From Promethearchaeota archaeon (GTDB lineage Archaea > Asgardarchaeota > Thorarchaeia > Thorarchaeales > Thorarchaeaceae), in the NCBI GenBank assembly GCA_048939765.1, contig JBHLPF010000012.1:1-39881 (forward strand): a DNA stretch of 39,881 nt. The letters run 5' to 3'. The position numbers were made by a program, and so were the translations under genes. Each line of letters begins with the position of its first letter. The stretch's first letter is position 1. Below, piece by piece: positions 18,399-28,489 of the stretch. Below the pieces are notes generated by a model that searched no databases, had not been told where the DNA came from, and saw only the letters and a program-made list of their open reading frames with translations.

Positions 18399-20255
18399 AT
18401 GAGTTCGCTGCAATCTCATTTCAGGAAGTTCCTGGCCGTTGAGGCGGCTGGAGGCGCAAGTTGGCATCCAGATGGCTCCAAAATTGCTTTTGCCTATGAT
18501 GCCCCCGGAGTGTTTCAAGTATATAATGTGCCCATTGAGAGGAGCAAAACCCTGTGGCCAACAAGAATTTCCTTTGAAAAGGACCGCTGCACAAATCCAA
18601 AGTACTTGAGTGACGGCACATTGCTCTTCACAATGGACAGAGGCGGTGATGAGAATTTCCAAATTGCCAAGATTGATTCAGACATGATCCTCGAATGGAT
18701 CACATCTGATTCCGCAGCGAAGCACATCATAGACCATGTTTCCGGCAATAGCTACTTCTTCATCGCTAATATTGAGGACAAAGCTCGATTCGATATCTAT
18801 CGTCATAGGCTTCCTACGGATAGAGCCCGACCTGAAGTCGTATTCAAACCCGAAGAGGGATTATGCCAAGTAGATGCTGTTTCTGCTGACGAGAAGTACG
18901 CAATCCTAGAGCAATACTTTGGCAACAACAATGTGAATCTTCTCTATCTCGATATTGCCAGTCGGGAAGCCATGAACCTGACGAAATCATTGGGAGAGTC
19001 TCGAACCAATCGGTGGGCGGCTATTCGATGGATAGACAATGACCATATTCTCGTTGCTACTGACTATGACCATGATATGATGCGCCTGGGCATCCTATCC
19101 CTATCGGGTGAGTTCGCCTCCTTGAAGGAAATTGAAGTTTCCGTGAGACATGAATTCGACTTTGCAGCTTTTTCTCCAGAATCAAGTTATACCTATTTCA
19201 TTCTGAATGAGGGAGGCTTCTCTAGCCTCTGGCGAGGCACATTCTCTGCAGACGGGGTCCGAACTCTTGACCAGATTGAGTTGCCAAGAGGAGCAGTTAT
19301 TGTACGTGGTGACTCACGATCTTTTCAAGACTCCTTGGCTATTTCACCGAATCATGAGCTTATGGCTATGACAATGAGTACCGCGACATCGCCTACCAAT
19401 ATCTGGATTCTTGATCTCGATGACCATTCATTATGGAAGGCTACAGATGTGGGGACTGCGGGCCTCAATCCATCTTCATTCGTTAATGCTTCACTTCATA
19501 ACTTCCTCAGCTTCGATAGTCTACCTATACCTTACTTCCGATATATTCCAAAAGGTGACATGCCTGAGAAAGGGTGGCCTGCCATTCTTATGATACATGG
19601 AGGTCCTGAGGCTCAGATTCTCCCCAGTTTTCAAGAAATAATTCAGTTCTTTCTATCAGCAGGGTATGCTATATTCACACCCAATATTCGCGGAAGCACG
19701 GGCTATGGACGGGCGTATATGGACATGGATAATGTGGAGAAGCGCCTGGATTCTATTATGGACATCAAGCATCTTGCATTGCACATCAAGGCGAATGAGA
19801 AGAGCATTGATGGGGACCGTCTAGTCATCTATGGCGGCAGCTATGGGGGTTTTGCTGTGTTGTCTGCTATGACAGAACATCCAGGTCTGTGGAAAGCCGG
19901 AGTTGATATCGTTGGCATTTCCAACTTCGTTACATTTCTGGAGAATACAGCGCCTTGGCGTAGATCGCTTAGAGAGTCTGAATATGGCAGCCTTGAGAAT
20001 GATCTGGAAGTCTTGAAGATGATTAGCCCAATCCAAAAGATCGATAAGATTACAGCTCCGCTCTTCATCATTCAAGGTGACAATGATGAACGAGTTCCCC
20101 TTTCTGAATCGGTTCAGATGTATGAGAAGCTGAAGGAGAATGGGCTTGAAGTTGAACTAATGCGCTTTGCTGATGAAGGACATGGCCTAGCAAAACTGGA
20201 GAATAGAATCAAGGCTTACTCCCGTGTTATCGAATGGCTCAAGGAAATCGTGTAG
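18399..20255 (+). CDS. S9 family prolyl oligopeptidase/acylaminoacyl peptidase
   Basis: IHGGPE, NIRGSTGYG, GGSYGG nucleophile elbow, NDERVP and DEGHG catalytic Asp/His; N-terminal propeller; ATG 18399. Confidence 0.95.
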   Translation: MSSLQSHFRKFLAVEAAGGASWHPDGSKIAFAYDAPGVFQVYNVPIERSKTLWPTRISFEKDRCTNPKYLSDGTLLFTMDRGGDENFQIAKIDSDMILEWITSDSAAKHIIDHVSGNSYFFIANIEDKARFDIYRHRLPTDRARPEVVFKPEEGLCQVDAVSADEKYAILEQYFGNNNVNLLYLDIASREAMNLTKSLGESRTNRWAAIRWIDNDHILVATDYDHDMMRLGILSLSGEFASLKEIEVSVRHEFDFAAFSPESSYTYFILNEGGFSSLWRGTFSADGVRTLDQIELPRGAVIVRGDSRSFQDSLAISPNHELMAMTMSTATSPTNIWILDLDDHSLWKATDVGTAGLNPSSFVNASLHNFLSFDSLPIPYFRYIPKGDMPEKGWPAILMIHGGPEAQILPSFQEIIQFFLSAGYAIFTPNIRGSTGYGRAYMDMDNVEKRLDSIMDIKHLALHIKANEKSIDGDRLVIYGGSYGGFAVLSAMTEHPGLWKAGVDIVGISNFVTFLENTAPWRRSLRESEYGSLENDLEVLKMISPIQKIDKITAPLFIIQGDNDERVPLSESVQMYEKLKENGLEVELMRFADEGHGLAKLENRIKAYSRVIEWLKEIV

Positions 20256-20347
20256 CAATGCTATCGTAGTCATAGTCGCAAAAGAAGAGCAATCGCTGTA
20301 ATCGAAATCTTTACCTTCGTTCCATACATTGCCAGATTGATGCCACT

Positions 20348-20449
20348 ATGGTAACTGTCAGAAGGATGATACTGAAGGCTGCGCTCCTAGTCATTGCAAT
20401 TGTCCTTTTCATAGTATTTCTCTATTTCCAAATGTTTCCTATGTCGTAG
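20348..20449 (+). CDS. Putative 33-aa single-pass membrane peptide
   Basis: MVTVRRMILKAALLVIAIVLFIVFLYFQMFPMS*; below ORF-track cutoff; basic N-terminus plus uninterrupted hydrophobic run. Confidence 0.45.
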   Translation: MVTVRRMILKAALLVIAIVLFIVFLYFQMFPMS

Positions 20450-20493
20450 AACTATTAAGCAACTCCCACTCCGCGTTTCATAGTTGATTGAAA

Positions 20494-22275
20494 ATGGTTA
20501 GCGAGGAGATGATTTGGGACCTATCTCAGCTGGTTGAATTCGACGACCCTGCGTATATCTCTGAACGACTTACTGCAATGGTAAGGTGGGCAGAAGGATA
20601 TCGCGACCAACATAGAGGCAAGATTGAGGACTATGACGCACAACAAGTCTCTGATATGATTGCGCAGTACGATAGGGAATTCTTGGAGTTCGATGGGCCT
20701 CACGAGTACGCATCGCTTCGCTATCAGGCTGATGTGACGGATGAGGTTGGCCAGAGGCTGTTTGAGAAAGTCAGGCATTCAGCGATGCTCATGAATCAAG
20801 CATTCGCCTTCTTTGAATTGGAGCTCGGCAAATTGCTCTCGAAGAAGCCAGAGATGATTGAGGCTCCTGAATTATCTGAATACAAGCATCAGCTGGAAAG
20901 GATTCAGCGCAAGAACCCACACTTGCTCCCTGAAGCGCAGGAGCAACTGATTATTGTGAAGGACCAGAATGGGATAAGGGCCTGGGAGAAGCTCTTCAGT
21001 GAGTGGCTCGCCACCCGTACCTTCGAGATTGAGATTGCGGGTGAAAAGAAGGTACTGCCTTATGGTGAGGTTATTGGGCTCTATCAAAATCCGGATAGAG
21101 ATCTTCGGAAACGGGCGAACCAGGTTGTGTACGAAACTCTTAGCAAGGATGCGACGTTGTGGGCATCTTCGATGTTGGCTGTGTTCAAAGACCATCATCA
21201 AATGACCAAGATTCGAAAATGGGATACGCCAATGACACAGAGCCTGATTGCAAATGATATGGATGAAGAAACCATCGAGGCTCTCATGACAACTATTGAG
21301 AAGAACGTGGATGTTCTTCAGAGATATCTTCGATTGAAAGCGAGAGTCATGGGCCTTGAGAAGCTTGGCAACTGGGACATCACTGCTCCATTGCCAAATT
21401 CTCCTGACAAGAAATACTCTTGGGCTGAATCACGTAAGCTTGTAGTTGAGGCCTACAACGACTTTGATGAACAGAGTGGTCAATGGATAGATGAGATGTA
21501 TGAGCGGCGTCACATGGATGCTGCGGTGAGAACGGGTAAGACTTCTGGAGCTTTCTGTTCTACATGGCATGCTGGACAGAGTGCGTACATCCTTCAGAGC
21601 TTTAATGGAATCATGGGCGACGTCTATACCTCCGCTCACGAACTGGGCCATGCGCTCCATGCTTACCTCGGAACACGCGCTCAGACAATGTCGAACTATG
21701 AGATTGGGAGCTGCATAGCTGAAACTGGCTCCATCTTTGGAGAGCTCCTACTGACAGAGAAGATGCTTGCAAATGCAAAGACCAAGGAAGAGAAGCAGGC
21801 TATCCTGTCCATCATTCTTGACGAGTTTGGCGAAGCAGGCTTCCAGGTGTCTGCCAGAGTGTTCTTTGAAACCAGCATGTATGACGCTCTTGAGGACGGG
21901 AAGTTCTTGGATGCTGAGAAGATCTCCGATCTTTGGGTTGCAGCACGAAACAAGATTTACGGAAACTCAGTTGAGTGGTTGCCCATAATGCGATATTGGT
22001 GGACAATGAAGATGCACTTCTACATGCCCAACTATCGCTACTATAACTACCCGTATGTATACGCTCAGCTTTTCGTCTTTGCCATGTACAGACTGTACAA
22101 GGAACAGGGCAAAGAGTTTGTGCCGAAGCTAAAATCACTCCTGGCTGCAGGTTCAAGCAGGTCTCCAAGAGAATTAGCGGCAAACATCGGCTTTGACATA
22201 ACCAAAGAGGAGTTCTGGCAGAAGGGTATTGACCAGTACTCAGAATTCATTAAGATGTTTGAAGCCACTATGTGA
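20494..22275 (+). CDS. pepF: Oligoendopeptidase F, peptidase family M3B
   Basis: WDLS N-terminus, GKTSGAFC, AHELGHALH, AETGSIFGE, HFY..YYNYPY motifs; ATG 20494. Confidence 0.93.
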   Translation: MVSEEMIWDLSQLVEFDDPAYISERLTAMVRWAEGYRDQHRGKIEDYDAQQVSDMIAQYDREFLEFDGPHEYASLRYQADVTDEVGQRLFEKVRHSAMLMNQAFAFFELELGKLLSKKPEMIEAPELSEYKHQLERIQRKNPHLLPEAQEQLIIVKDQNGIRAWEKLFSEWLATRTFEIEIAGEKKVLPYGEVIGLYQNPDRDLRKRANQVVYETLSKDATLWASSMLAVFKDHHQMTKIRKWDTPMTQSLIANDMDEETIEALMTTIEKNVDVLQRYLRLKARVMGLEKLGNWDITAPLPNSPDKKYSWAESRKLVVEAYNDFDEQSGQWIDEMYERRHMDAAVRTGKTSGAFCSTWHAGQSAYILQSFNGIMGDVYTSAHELGHALHAYLGTRAQTMSNYEIGSCIAETGSIFGELLLTEKMLANAKTKEEKQAILSIILDEFGEAGFQVSARVFFETSMYDALEDGKFLDAEKISDLWVAARNKIYGNSVEWLPIMRYWWTMKMHFYMPNYRYYNYPYVYAQLFVFAMYRLYKEQGKEFVPKLKSLLAAGSSRSPRELAANIGFDITKEEFWQKGIDQYSEFIKMFEATM

Positions 22276-22439
22276 AATATCTCTTGGCTTCCGTGGCTTC
22301 CACAATTCTCTTGATATTTTATGCATCAAACTGCTTCACTCTTGCCTCTATTACCAATGACCCTATAATGCTTCAAGCGCTGAGACGAATTTCCCTTATA
22401 TGCAGTTCCGCTTCTCGAGACTATTGGGAAGGAAATAGG

Positions 22440-23693
22440 TTGGCTAGCCAGCGGAATCTATCATACTTCGCAAGAAGGGCATGGTTTCTTCTGTCGGAAC
22501 CGCATCCCTCCGTTCAAGGGATACGGAAACGACAGCAGGCTAGGCTTCTCTCCACACTTCTCCTCCTGGCGTTGCCAATTCTCGGGATTTCACAATTCAC
22601 TAGCGAACTTGTTATAGCACCAACCGCAATTTTCCTTGTTACATCGATTCTTGTCTTTATTGCATACTTAGGTACAAGATCTCGATTCTTCGATATCTCA
22701 TTGGGGGTGACCTTGGCAGGCTTTACAATACTTCCAATTGTGATTTTTCTCTTTGGCACAACTTGGGAAGCTGCTGATTTACCTCGGCTAATGGTTTGGG
22801 TTACTGTTGCCCTCATTGGTGGCACTTTGCTGTCTCATACACGCGTGGTCCTACTTCAGGGTGTATCAATGATTCTAGCGATAGCTTTCATTGTTGGTGT
22901 TGTCTTCGAAGTTCCTTTTGCTGGGTATGTCACTCATCTAGTTACCGCAATCATAATTACAGCACTGATGTGTGTAGCTTCGTACATGCTGGAATCTTAC
23001 ATTAGCCAACTAGATTACCATGCAATAGAATCGGAGCGAAAAGCGCAGGAGCTTGAAGTCTATACTCAGCTCCTGCGCCATGACCTTCGTAATGACTTGC
23101 AGGCTGTGCTCAATTCAGTAGAGCTAGCTGAGATGTTTCTCAACATAGACCAGGAGAAAGTCGAAGAGAGTCTGAAGATGTCGCAGAATTTGGGTCAAAG
23201 AATGGCTCAATTACTGAATATATTCTCAATGCCACCAGAACAACCAGGGACGAACTTGGTTGAGCATATCAGGGAGATGGCGCTGGAGGCGGAAGAGACC
23301 TATAGCAATTTGGAGGTCAATGTTTCAAGCACAGATGCCGTGCAACATAGAAGCTTTACGGCAAGTAGATTGTTACCCTTGGTGTGGACGAATATCCTTC
23401 GTAATGCCGCTCAATACTGTGGCGATCCAGCATCTGTCAAGTTCGATATATCGGTCGAAAAAGACTCATTCCATGTTATAATTTCTGATGATGGACCAGG
23501 AGTGCCAGAAGAGAAGAAAGAATGGTTATTCAGGAGAGGTTCGAATGATTCTGCCGGAAGCGGGCTTGGATTATACCTGTCGAAAATTGTCTTGGAATCT
23601 CACAATGGTTCTATTGAGTTAGCTGACAATGATGAGGGGCAAATTGGGTCAAAGTTCATCGTTAGGATCCCTGCAAATCTGCTGGAATCCTGA
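22440..23693 (+). CDS. Membrane sensor histidine kinase (about 6 TM)
   Basis: LRHDLRN H-box, NILRNAA, DDGPGV, GSGLGL; start moved to TTG 22440 (GGAAGGA upstream, CTTATAT at about 22396). Confidence 0.9.
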   Translation: MASQRNLSYFARRAWFLLSEPHPSVQGIRKRQQARLLSTLLLLALPILGISQFTSELVIAPTAIFLVTSILVFIAYLGTRSRFFDISLGVTLAGFTILPIVIFLFGTTWEAADLPRLMVWVTVALIGGTLLSHTRVVLLQGVSMILAIAFIVGVVFEVPFAGYVTHLVTAIIITALMCVASYMLESYISQLDYHAIESERKAQELEVYTQLLRHDLRNDLQAVLNSVELAEMFLNIDQEKVEESLKMSQNLGQRMAQLLNIFSMPPEQPGTNLVEHIREMALEAEETYSNLEVNVSSTDAVQHRSFTASRLLPLVWTNILRNAAQYCGDPASVKFDISVEKDSFHVIISDDGPGVPEEKKEWLFRRGSNDSAGSGLGLYLSKIVLESHNGSIELADNDEGQIGSKFIVRIPANLLES

Positions 23694-23742
23694 GGAAGCG
23701 ATATTCGGGCATCCTCTGAATCTACCAACATAGCGCGGCTAA

Positions 23743-24777
23743 CTAACTGGATTTTCTCATGATGTTCTGGGTGTTTCTGGGAACAGGAAGATCTTTCATC
23801 GTGTGTAAGCCGGGTAACGTGTGGGCCAAAATGGGAATCATATTGACCGCCATTGCAGCAGTGCCAAAATCACCCATCACACCCCCTTCGATTCTTGATG
23901 TTACATTGGGGTATCCTTCAATCTTGATCTCATCATATTCTGGGGAAGCCCCTGCAAATGCAATGAAATCCAATGTGATGATAGCACTATTCTTCCTGCT
24001 TCCAAGTCCTCTGCTCTTGAGTCCTAGAACATTTCCGGCCTCGATTTTGGCAAATGAGGTTTCAATCACTTTCTCTGCAATTACTGCCTCAGGTGGAAAC
24101 TCTTCAAAGTGATCCAGACTCAAGCCCAAGGCATGATCAATCAATCGCATCGACTCTACTAATCCGACATGGCCGGTGATTGCACCACTTTCAATTGCCT
24201 CAGTGAATTCATTGACTGACATTGAGGTTCCAACCTTCTTCTGAAATGACGCCCTTCTTCTGGCAGAATCGATGACTCTTGTCACATGAATTCTGTCAAC
24301 TGACTGACAAGGCGCCGTCAGGACTATTGGTAGTAGATCCATTAGATATCCTGGATTGATTCCAGTTCCCAAAACTGACTTCCCTACTTCCTTTGCAGCT
24401 TTGTCAATCTCTTCTGATAGTGCTGGATATTTAACATAGGGATACGAGAGTTCCTCGCATATAGAAACCACATGCATTCCCGCTTCTAGACAACGAATTA
24501 TCGTTGGCTTCACCTTTTCCAACGATGATGAGGTGAGAACCAAGGCAGCATCAATAGGCCCTGATATTTCCTCAAAAGCTGCATCAACTGTCGGGTAGAT
24601 CCTGGCCCTGCTGTCTGTTGATTTAGTGAGGAACTCGGTGACCGGCTTTCCATTCAAATCAGGATCGACATCGACCACCGCGAGAAGTTGCAGATTGTCA
24701 CGACCAATGACAGTTTCAGCAATTGGCCTTCCAATTGTGCCAAATCCAACTTGAAGGACTCTAAACGGTTTTGTCAT
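23743..24777 (-). CDS. NAD(P)-dependent amine dehydrogenase, 2,4-diaminopentanoate dehydrogenase (Ord)-like
   Basis: GFGTIG Rossmann motif, SICEELSYP, GTGINPGY, GHVGLVES, GGVMGD. Confidence 0.8.
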   Translation of the reverse strand: MTKPFRVLQVGFGTIGRPIAETVIGRDNLQLLAVVDVDPDLNGKPVTEFLTKSTDSRARIYPTVDAAFEEISGPIDAALVLTSSSLEKVKPTIIRCLEAGMHVVSICEELSYPYVKYPALSEEIDKAAKEVGKSVLGTGINPGYLMDLLPIVLTAPCQSVDRIHVTRVIDSARRRASFQKKVGTSMSVNEFTEAIESGAITGHVGLVESMRLIDHALGLSLDHFEEFPPEAVIAEKVIETSFAKIEAGNVLGLKSRGLGSRKNSAIITLDFIAFAGASPEYDEIKIEGYPNVTSRIEGGVMGDFGTAAMAVNMIPILAHTLPGLHTMKDLPVPRNTQNIMRKSS

Positions 24778-24949
24778 AAACCCGTTTCAAAATCAACTGC
24801 CGTATAATCTTTTGGGGAGAGAAATTGATGTCGATAAAAAGAAGATCTTGAGGAATGCGCCCGGCTAGTAGACCTAGATGCCACTTTTCCTGAGGAATCA
24901 TTTGCTTTCTACCAGAGATTCTAATGCGTCTCAATGGACCATGTAGGGT

Positions 24950-25174
24950 TTAATCTCTAAATGAGATACATCCGTTCGGACATTCTTCTATGCAATTTCC
25001 GCATTCTTTGCAGTACATGACATGTGCAACCTGAGGGTTTTCATCCAGCTTCTCATAGACCCCATATCTACAGACCTTGACACAGGTTCCGCAGCCGTCG
25101 CAACATTTCTCATCAATTTTGGTAGGTATTGCATTCCACTCGCAGAGTTTTCGTGGGTCAATCCATGAATCCAT
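24950..25174 (-). CDS. 2[4Fe-4S] ferredoxin
   Basis: CDGCGTCVKVC and CKECGNCIEECP motifs. Confidence 0.88.
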   Translation of the reverse strand: MDSWIDPRKLCEWNAIPTKIDEKCCDGCGTCVKVCRYGVYEKLDENPQVAHVMYCKECGNCIEECPNGCISFRD

Positions 25175-25304
25175 ATGAATGCTGGTTTAGTGACATATTG
25201 CCGCCAACTTGGGAAATATCTTGGACTAGGTAGAACTATTAGCGACATCGGCAACTGACTCTAAGTCCTATGCCCATGCTGATGCTGCACGGAGAGGTGT
25301 CCTA

Positions 25305-27056
25305 ATGGCAGTCGAGAAAGAGGAAGCTATCTGGCAGAGCAAGATAATGGAGATTGTCAATGATGGTATCATAGTCCTAATTGAAGAGGATGTGATGCTA
25401 TCAAATGCCGCCTTTGCCGCCATGCTGAACTACGAAGCTGATGAGCTAGTTGAGGCATCTTTTGAGGACCTTCTTCATCCGTCCTCGAAGCGCTTTGACC
25501 GCAACATGATAGATGCACTGTATTCAGGTGATGAAATCACTGCGTTCAATACAAGACTCCAGTCAAAGGAAGGTGACACTGTTCATGTTGAGATTCATCC
25601 GGTCAATGTTGTTTACGAAGGAGAGGATGCCGTCTTAGCATGCATCAGAGATGTTTCAAGAAGGATTGCACTTGAAACAGAGGTCATTGAACTTGAGCAA
25701 AGATTCGCATCATTGTATGATATGTCCCCTATTGCGTATTTCATGCTAAGTCGCCAAGGCATCATTGAACAGATTAACCAAGCTGCTGAAGAGTTACTTG
25801 GATGCGATGGTAGTGATATTCTAGGGAGGGCACTATCCGATTTCCTACCTACAACTGAGTCGGACTATGATCCTGGAAAAGAACTGATTCGGGAAGTACT
25901 TAGAGGCAAGAATGTGAGTGGCATTGAGATACAGATGAAGCGCCCTGACGAACGAGTCATATGGACCAACGTGTCATCGAGGTCTCTCACAGCTGGTGCG
26001 GAGAAGCCTGCTGAGATTGGGCTCATGGCTTTCGATGTTACACAGAGAAGAGCTTCAGAGATGAGAATACTCGAGGAGAAACAGAGAGCTGATCTCTATC
26101 TAGGAATCATGGCGAGCGACCTTAACAACATCAACACTAGTGCCCTATACTCGCTCGAGTTTCTCAGCACAACCCTTGATTTGCCTGAACATCATCAAGA
26201 GGTTCTGAATGAGGTTGTCTGGAACATAAGACGGGCCTCGCGAATGATTGCTAACATGAGAGCCATCGTCATGTTGAAAGAATCTCCGCCCACTATTACG
26301 AAGACTGATTTATTCCCACACTTCACCAGAGGATTGCGAGAAGCGGACAGGGACTTCAAGGCAAAGACACTGAAGGTCAACACCAATATCGCGGATGACG
26401 CTTTTTGGGTATCTGGACATGCTTGGCTTTGGAGCGTGTTTTTCGTCATCCTTCATAATGCCTTAATGTACAACGAAAGCAAAGAAGTCGAGCTTGATGT
26501 CAAAGCTGAACTCATCGAGATGGGTCAAAAGATACGGATTGAGTTTGCGGATAGAGGCCCGGGAATCCATGATGATCTCAAGGAGAGTGTCTTTCGAAGA
26601 ACTGGCAGTACGGAGGGCCATGCTCTAAGCAGCGGTCTTGGATTGACCGTCGTCAACCAGATGGTGACAGACTTGAAGGGCCAGGTATGGGTGGAGGACA
26701 GGGTGCCCGGCGATATGTCGCAAGGCAGCAGGTTCGTCGTCATTCTTCCTGCTTGGAAAGAAGAATTGGTATTACCCTGCGGGCGCGAATCATGCATCAG
26801 TTTCTATAAGTCAGACCACTGCGTCTTCTGTGGTCCTGCTTTTGCCAACATGATTAGAGTGCTTGATGAGTTTGGTGTCAATCGCTCGATGGTTCAAGTC
26901 TTGAATGTCGATGATCCAGAATCAGGAGTGACAGAAGCAGACCTCATTGCTCTACCTACGATTCGTATCTGCGAAGCCGAACGAGAGGGATACGTGGAAG
27001 AGGATGATATCAGGACGCTTGTCTTGGAGATGATAATGAAGGGCTGCTTCTCCTGA
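25305..27056 (+). CDS. PAS-PAS histidine-kinase-like protein lacking the phospho-His, with C-terminal thioredoxin-like CxxC domain
   Basis: Two PAS domains (NAAF..RDVS; NQAA..FDVT); H-box position reads IMASDLNN; DRGPGI and SGLGL boxes; C-terminal FYKSDHCVFC...NVD...IALPTI. Confidence 0.85.
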   Translation: MAVEKEEAIWQSKIMEIVNDGIIVLIEEDVMLSNAAFAAMLNYEADELVEASFEDLLHPSSKRFDRNMIDALYSGDEITAFNTRLQSKEGDTVHVEIHPVNVVYEGEDAVLACIRDVSRRIALETEVIELEQRFASLYDMSPIAYFMLSRQGIIEQINQAAEELLGCDGSDILGRALSDFLPTTESDYDPGKELIREVLRGKNVSGIEIQMKRPDERVIWTNVSSRSLTAGAEKPAEIGLMAFDVTQRRASEMRILEEKQRADLYLGIMASDLNNINTSALYSLEFLSTTLDLPEHHQEVLNEVVWNIRRASRMIANMRAIVMLKESPPTITKTDLFPHFTRGLREADRDFKAKTLKVNTNIADDAFWVSGHAWLWSVFFVILHNALMYNESKEVELDVKAELIEMGQKIRIEFADRGPGIHDDLKESVFRRTGSTEGHALSSGLGLTVVNQMVTDLKGQVWVEDRVPGDMSQGSRFVVILPAWKEELVLPCGRESCISFYKSDHCVFCGPAFANMIRVLDEFGVNRSMVQVLNVDDPESGVTEADLIALPTIRICEAEREGYVEEDDIRTLVLEMIMKGCFS

Positions 27057-27065
27057 GTTGTCAGA

Positions 27066-28328
27066 CTAGTCTGATGTCAGCATCTCTGGTGTGGCATCTT
27101 CTATTGTCCTACATCCAGTCATGATCATTGCTCTTCTTAGATCGCCCTTGACGTAGTTGTAGTACATATTGACCGCATCAGCCCCGCCGGCTAGTGACAT
27201 CCTTAGTAGAGGTCTGCCAATGTGTGCTGTATCAGCACCCAAGGCAACTACCTTCAGAACATCAAACCCTGTCCTTATTGCACCGTCAACCATGATTGTG
27301 AGCTTTCCCTTAAGTTCGGCAGCGACATCAGGAAGAATCTCAACTACACCCTGTCCGTTATCAAGCACCCGTCCGCCATGATTCGATAGGTACACACCAG
27401 CAGCTCCTGAGTCCGCTACTGCGAGTGCATCTTCAAGCGTCATTATTCCTTTGAAGAACACAGGTTTGCTTGTGGAATCAACAAGCTCTTTCAGTTCATT
27501 GGGGCTCTTGCGATAGACAGGCTTACCTTTGGCGGCCCATATCGCAGACCCACAACCATCAAGATCGACGCCTATTGCGATAGCATCGTACTCTTCCGCG
27601 AGTTTGAAGAGTTCAAGGAGTCGTGATTGAGACTGAGGCTTGAATACAGCTATTCCCCAACCGCCATTCTCCTTCACCATGTCAATTCCCAGATGATCCG
27701 GCACTGCAGCCGTGTTTCCGACAAGGCCTATTGTCCCAAATTCCTTTGCGCCGCGTAGGAGACCTCGATAGAAATCCGCCTCTGAAATCACGTCATTCAT
27801 ACTAGCTTTCACACCAGACATGCTGCATCCCAAAACCGGCGCCACAATCTCCTTTCCAAATACCGTCGTCTTCATCTCAGGTTCAAAATGCTCCTTGACG
27901 ACCTTCTGTTTCAGTTTGTACTTGTGAAGGGCCAAGTAATTTGCATGAAACGTATTCCCCTGTCCAGCACCACCGACACCAAGTGGCTTTCCATACTTCT
28001 GCCCAGCACAAACCCTATCTCTAGCACCATCACAGACTGGATGAACACCACACAGACCAGAGAGCAATTCCCTTGCAATTGAGCGAAAGTAGGCGAGGTC
28101 CTTCTTCTCTGGCTCTGGACCATCCCTTCTCTTCCTGCTACGTGTCTTTTTCTCCAAGAACACCTCTTCACTGGTTTCCTGCATGTATCCTCTCGGCTGA
28201 CCGCAGACCGGGCATCTCCAGTCGTCAGGGATCTCTGCCACTTTGGTTCCTGGTGCTAGACCAGTTTCTGGGTCTCCCTCTTCTTCATCATATACATATG
28301 CGTTGCAGAAGGTACAGATGAAATACAA
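27066..28328 (-). CDS. Rubredoxin-fused FMN-dependent alpha-hydroxy-acid dehydrogenase/oxidase
   Basis: N-terminal [24 protein letters not shown] rubredoxin; KGI, SNHGGR, DGAIRTG, GRP FMN-barrel motifs; TTG start with GGAGG. Confidence 0.9.
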   Translation of the reverse strand: MYFICTFCNAYVYDEEEGDPETGLAPGTKVAEIPDDWRCPVCGQPRGYMQETSEEVFLEKKTRSRKRRDGPEPEKKDLAYFRSIARELLSGLCGVHPVCDGARDRVCAGQKYGKPLGVGGAGQGNTFHANYLALHKYKLKQKVVKEHFEPEMKTTVFGKEIVAPVLGCSMSGVKASMNDVISEADFYRGLLRGAKEFGTIGLVGNTAAVPDHLGIDMVKENGGWGIAVFKPQSQSRLLELFKLAEEYDAIAIGVDLDGCGSAIWAAKGKPVYRKSPNELKELVDSTSKPVFFKGIMTLEDALAVADSGAAGVYLSNHGGRVLDNGQGVVEILPDVAAELKGKLTIMVDGAIRTGFDVLKVVALGADTAHIGRPLLRMSLAGGADAVNMYYNYVKGDLRRAMIMTGCRTIEDATPEMLTSD

Positions 28329-28448
28329 CTTTCAGCCTCCGCATTACTCTATCTGAGTATCGAACCAGGTCATAGCATCTATTACTAAATGTTGCTAATG
28401 AGGGTGAATCCATACAAGGCACAATCAGCTCGACATTAGCTACCCAAA

Positions 28449-28483
28449 TCACCCTGATGGTGAGAGAGGGAGAATTCCCTCTC
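28449..28483 (-). terminator. Possible terminator hairpins after MFS gene
   Basis: GAGAGGGA-4nt-TCCCTCTC (28464-28483) and TCACC-5nt-GGTGA (28449-28463) directly after the stop; weak U-tract. Confidence 0.35.
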
Positions 28484-28489
28484 CGAATC

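Noticed and set aside
24950-28328. Possible selenocysteine recoding in redox genes
   Set aside because: All Cys motifs are complete with Cys codons; no in-frame TGA at a motif position was seen
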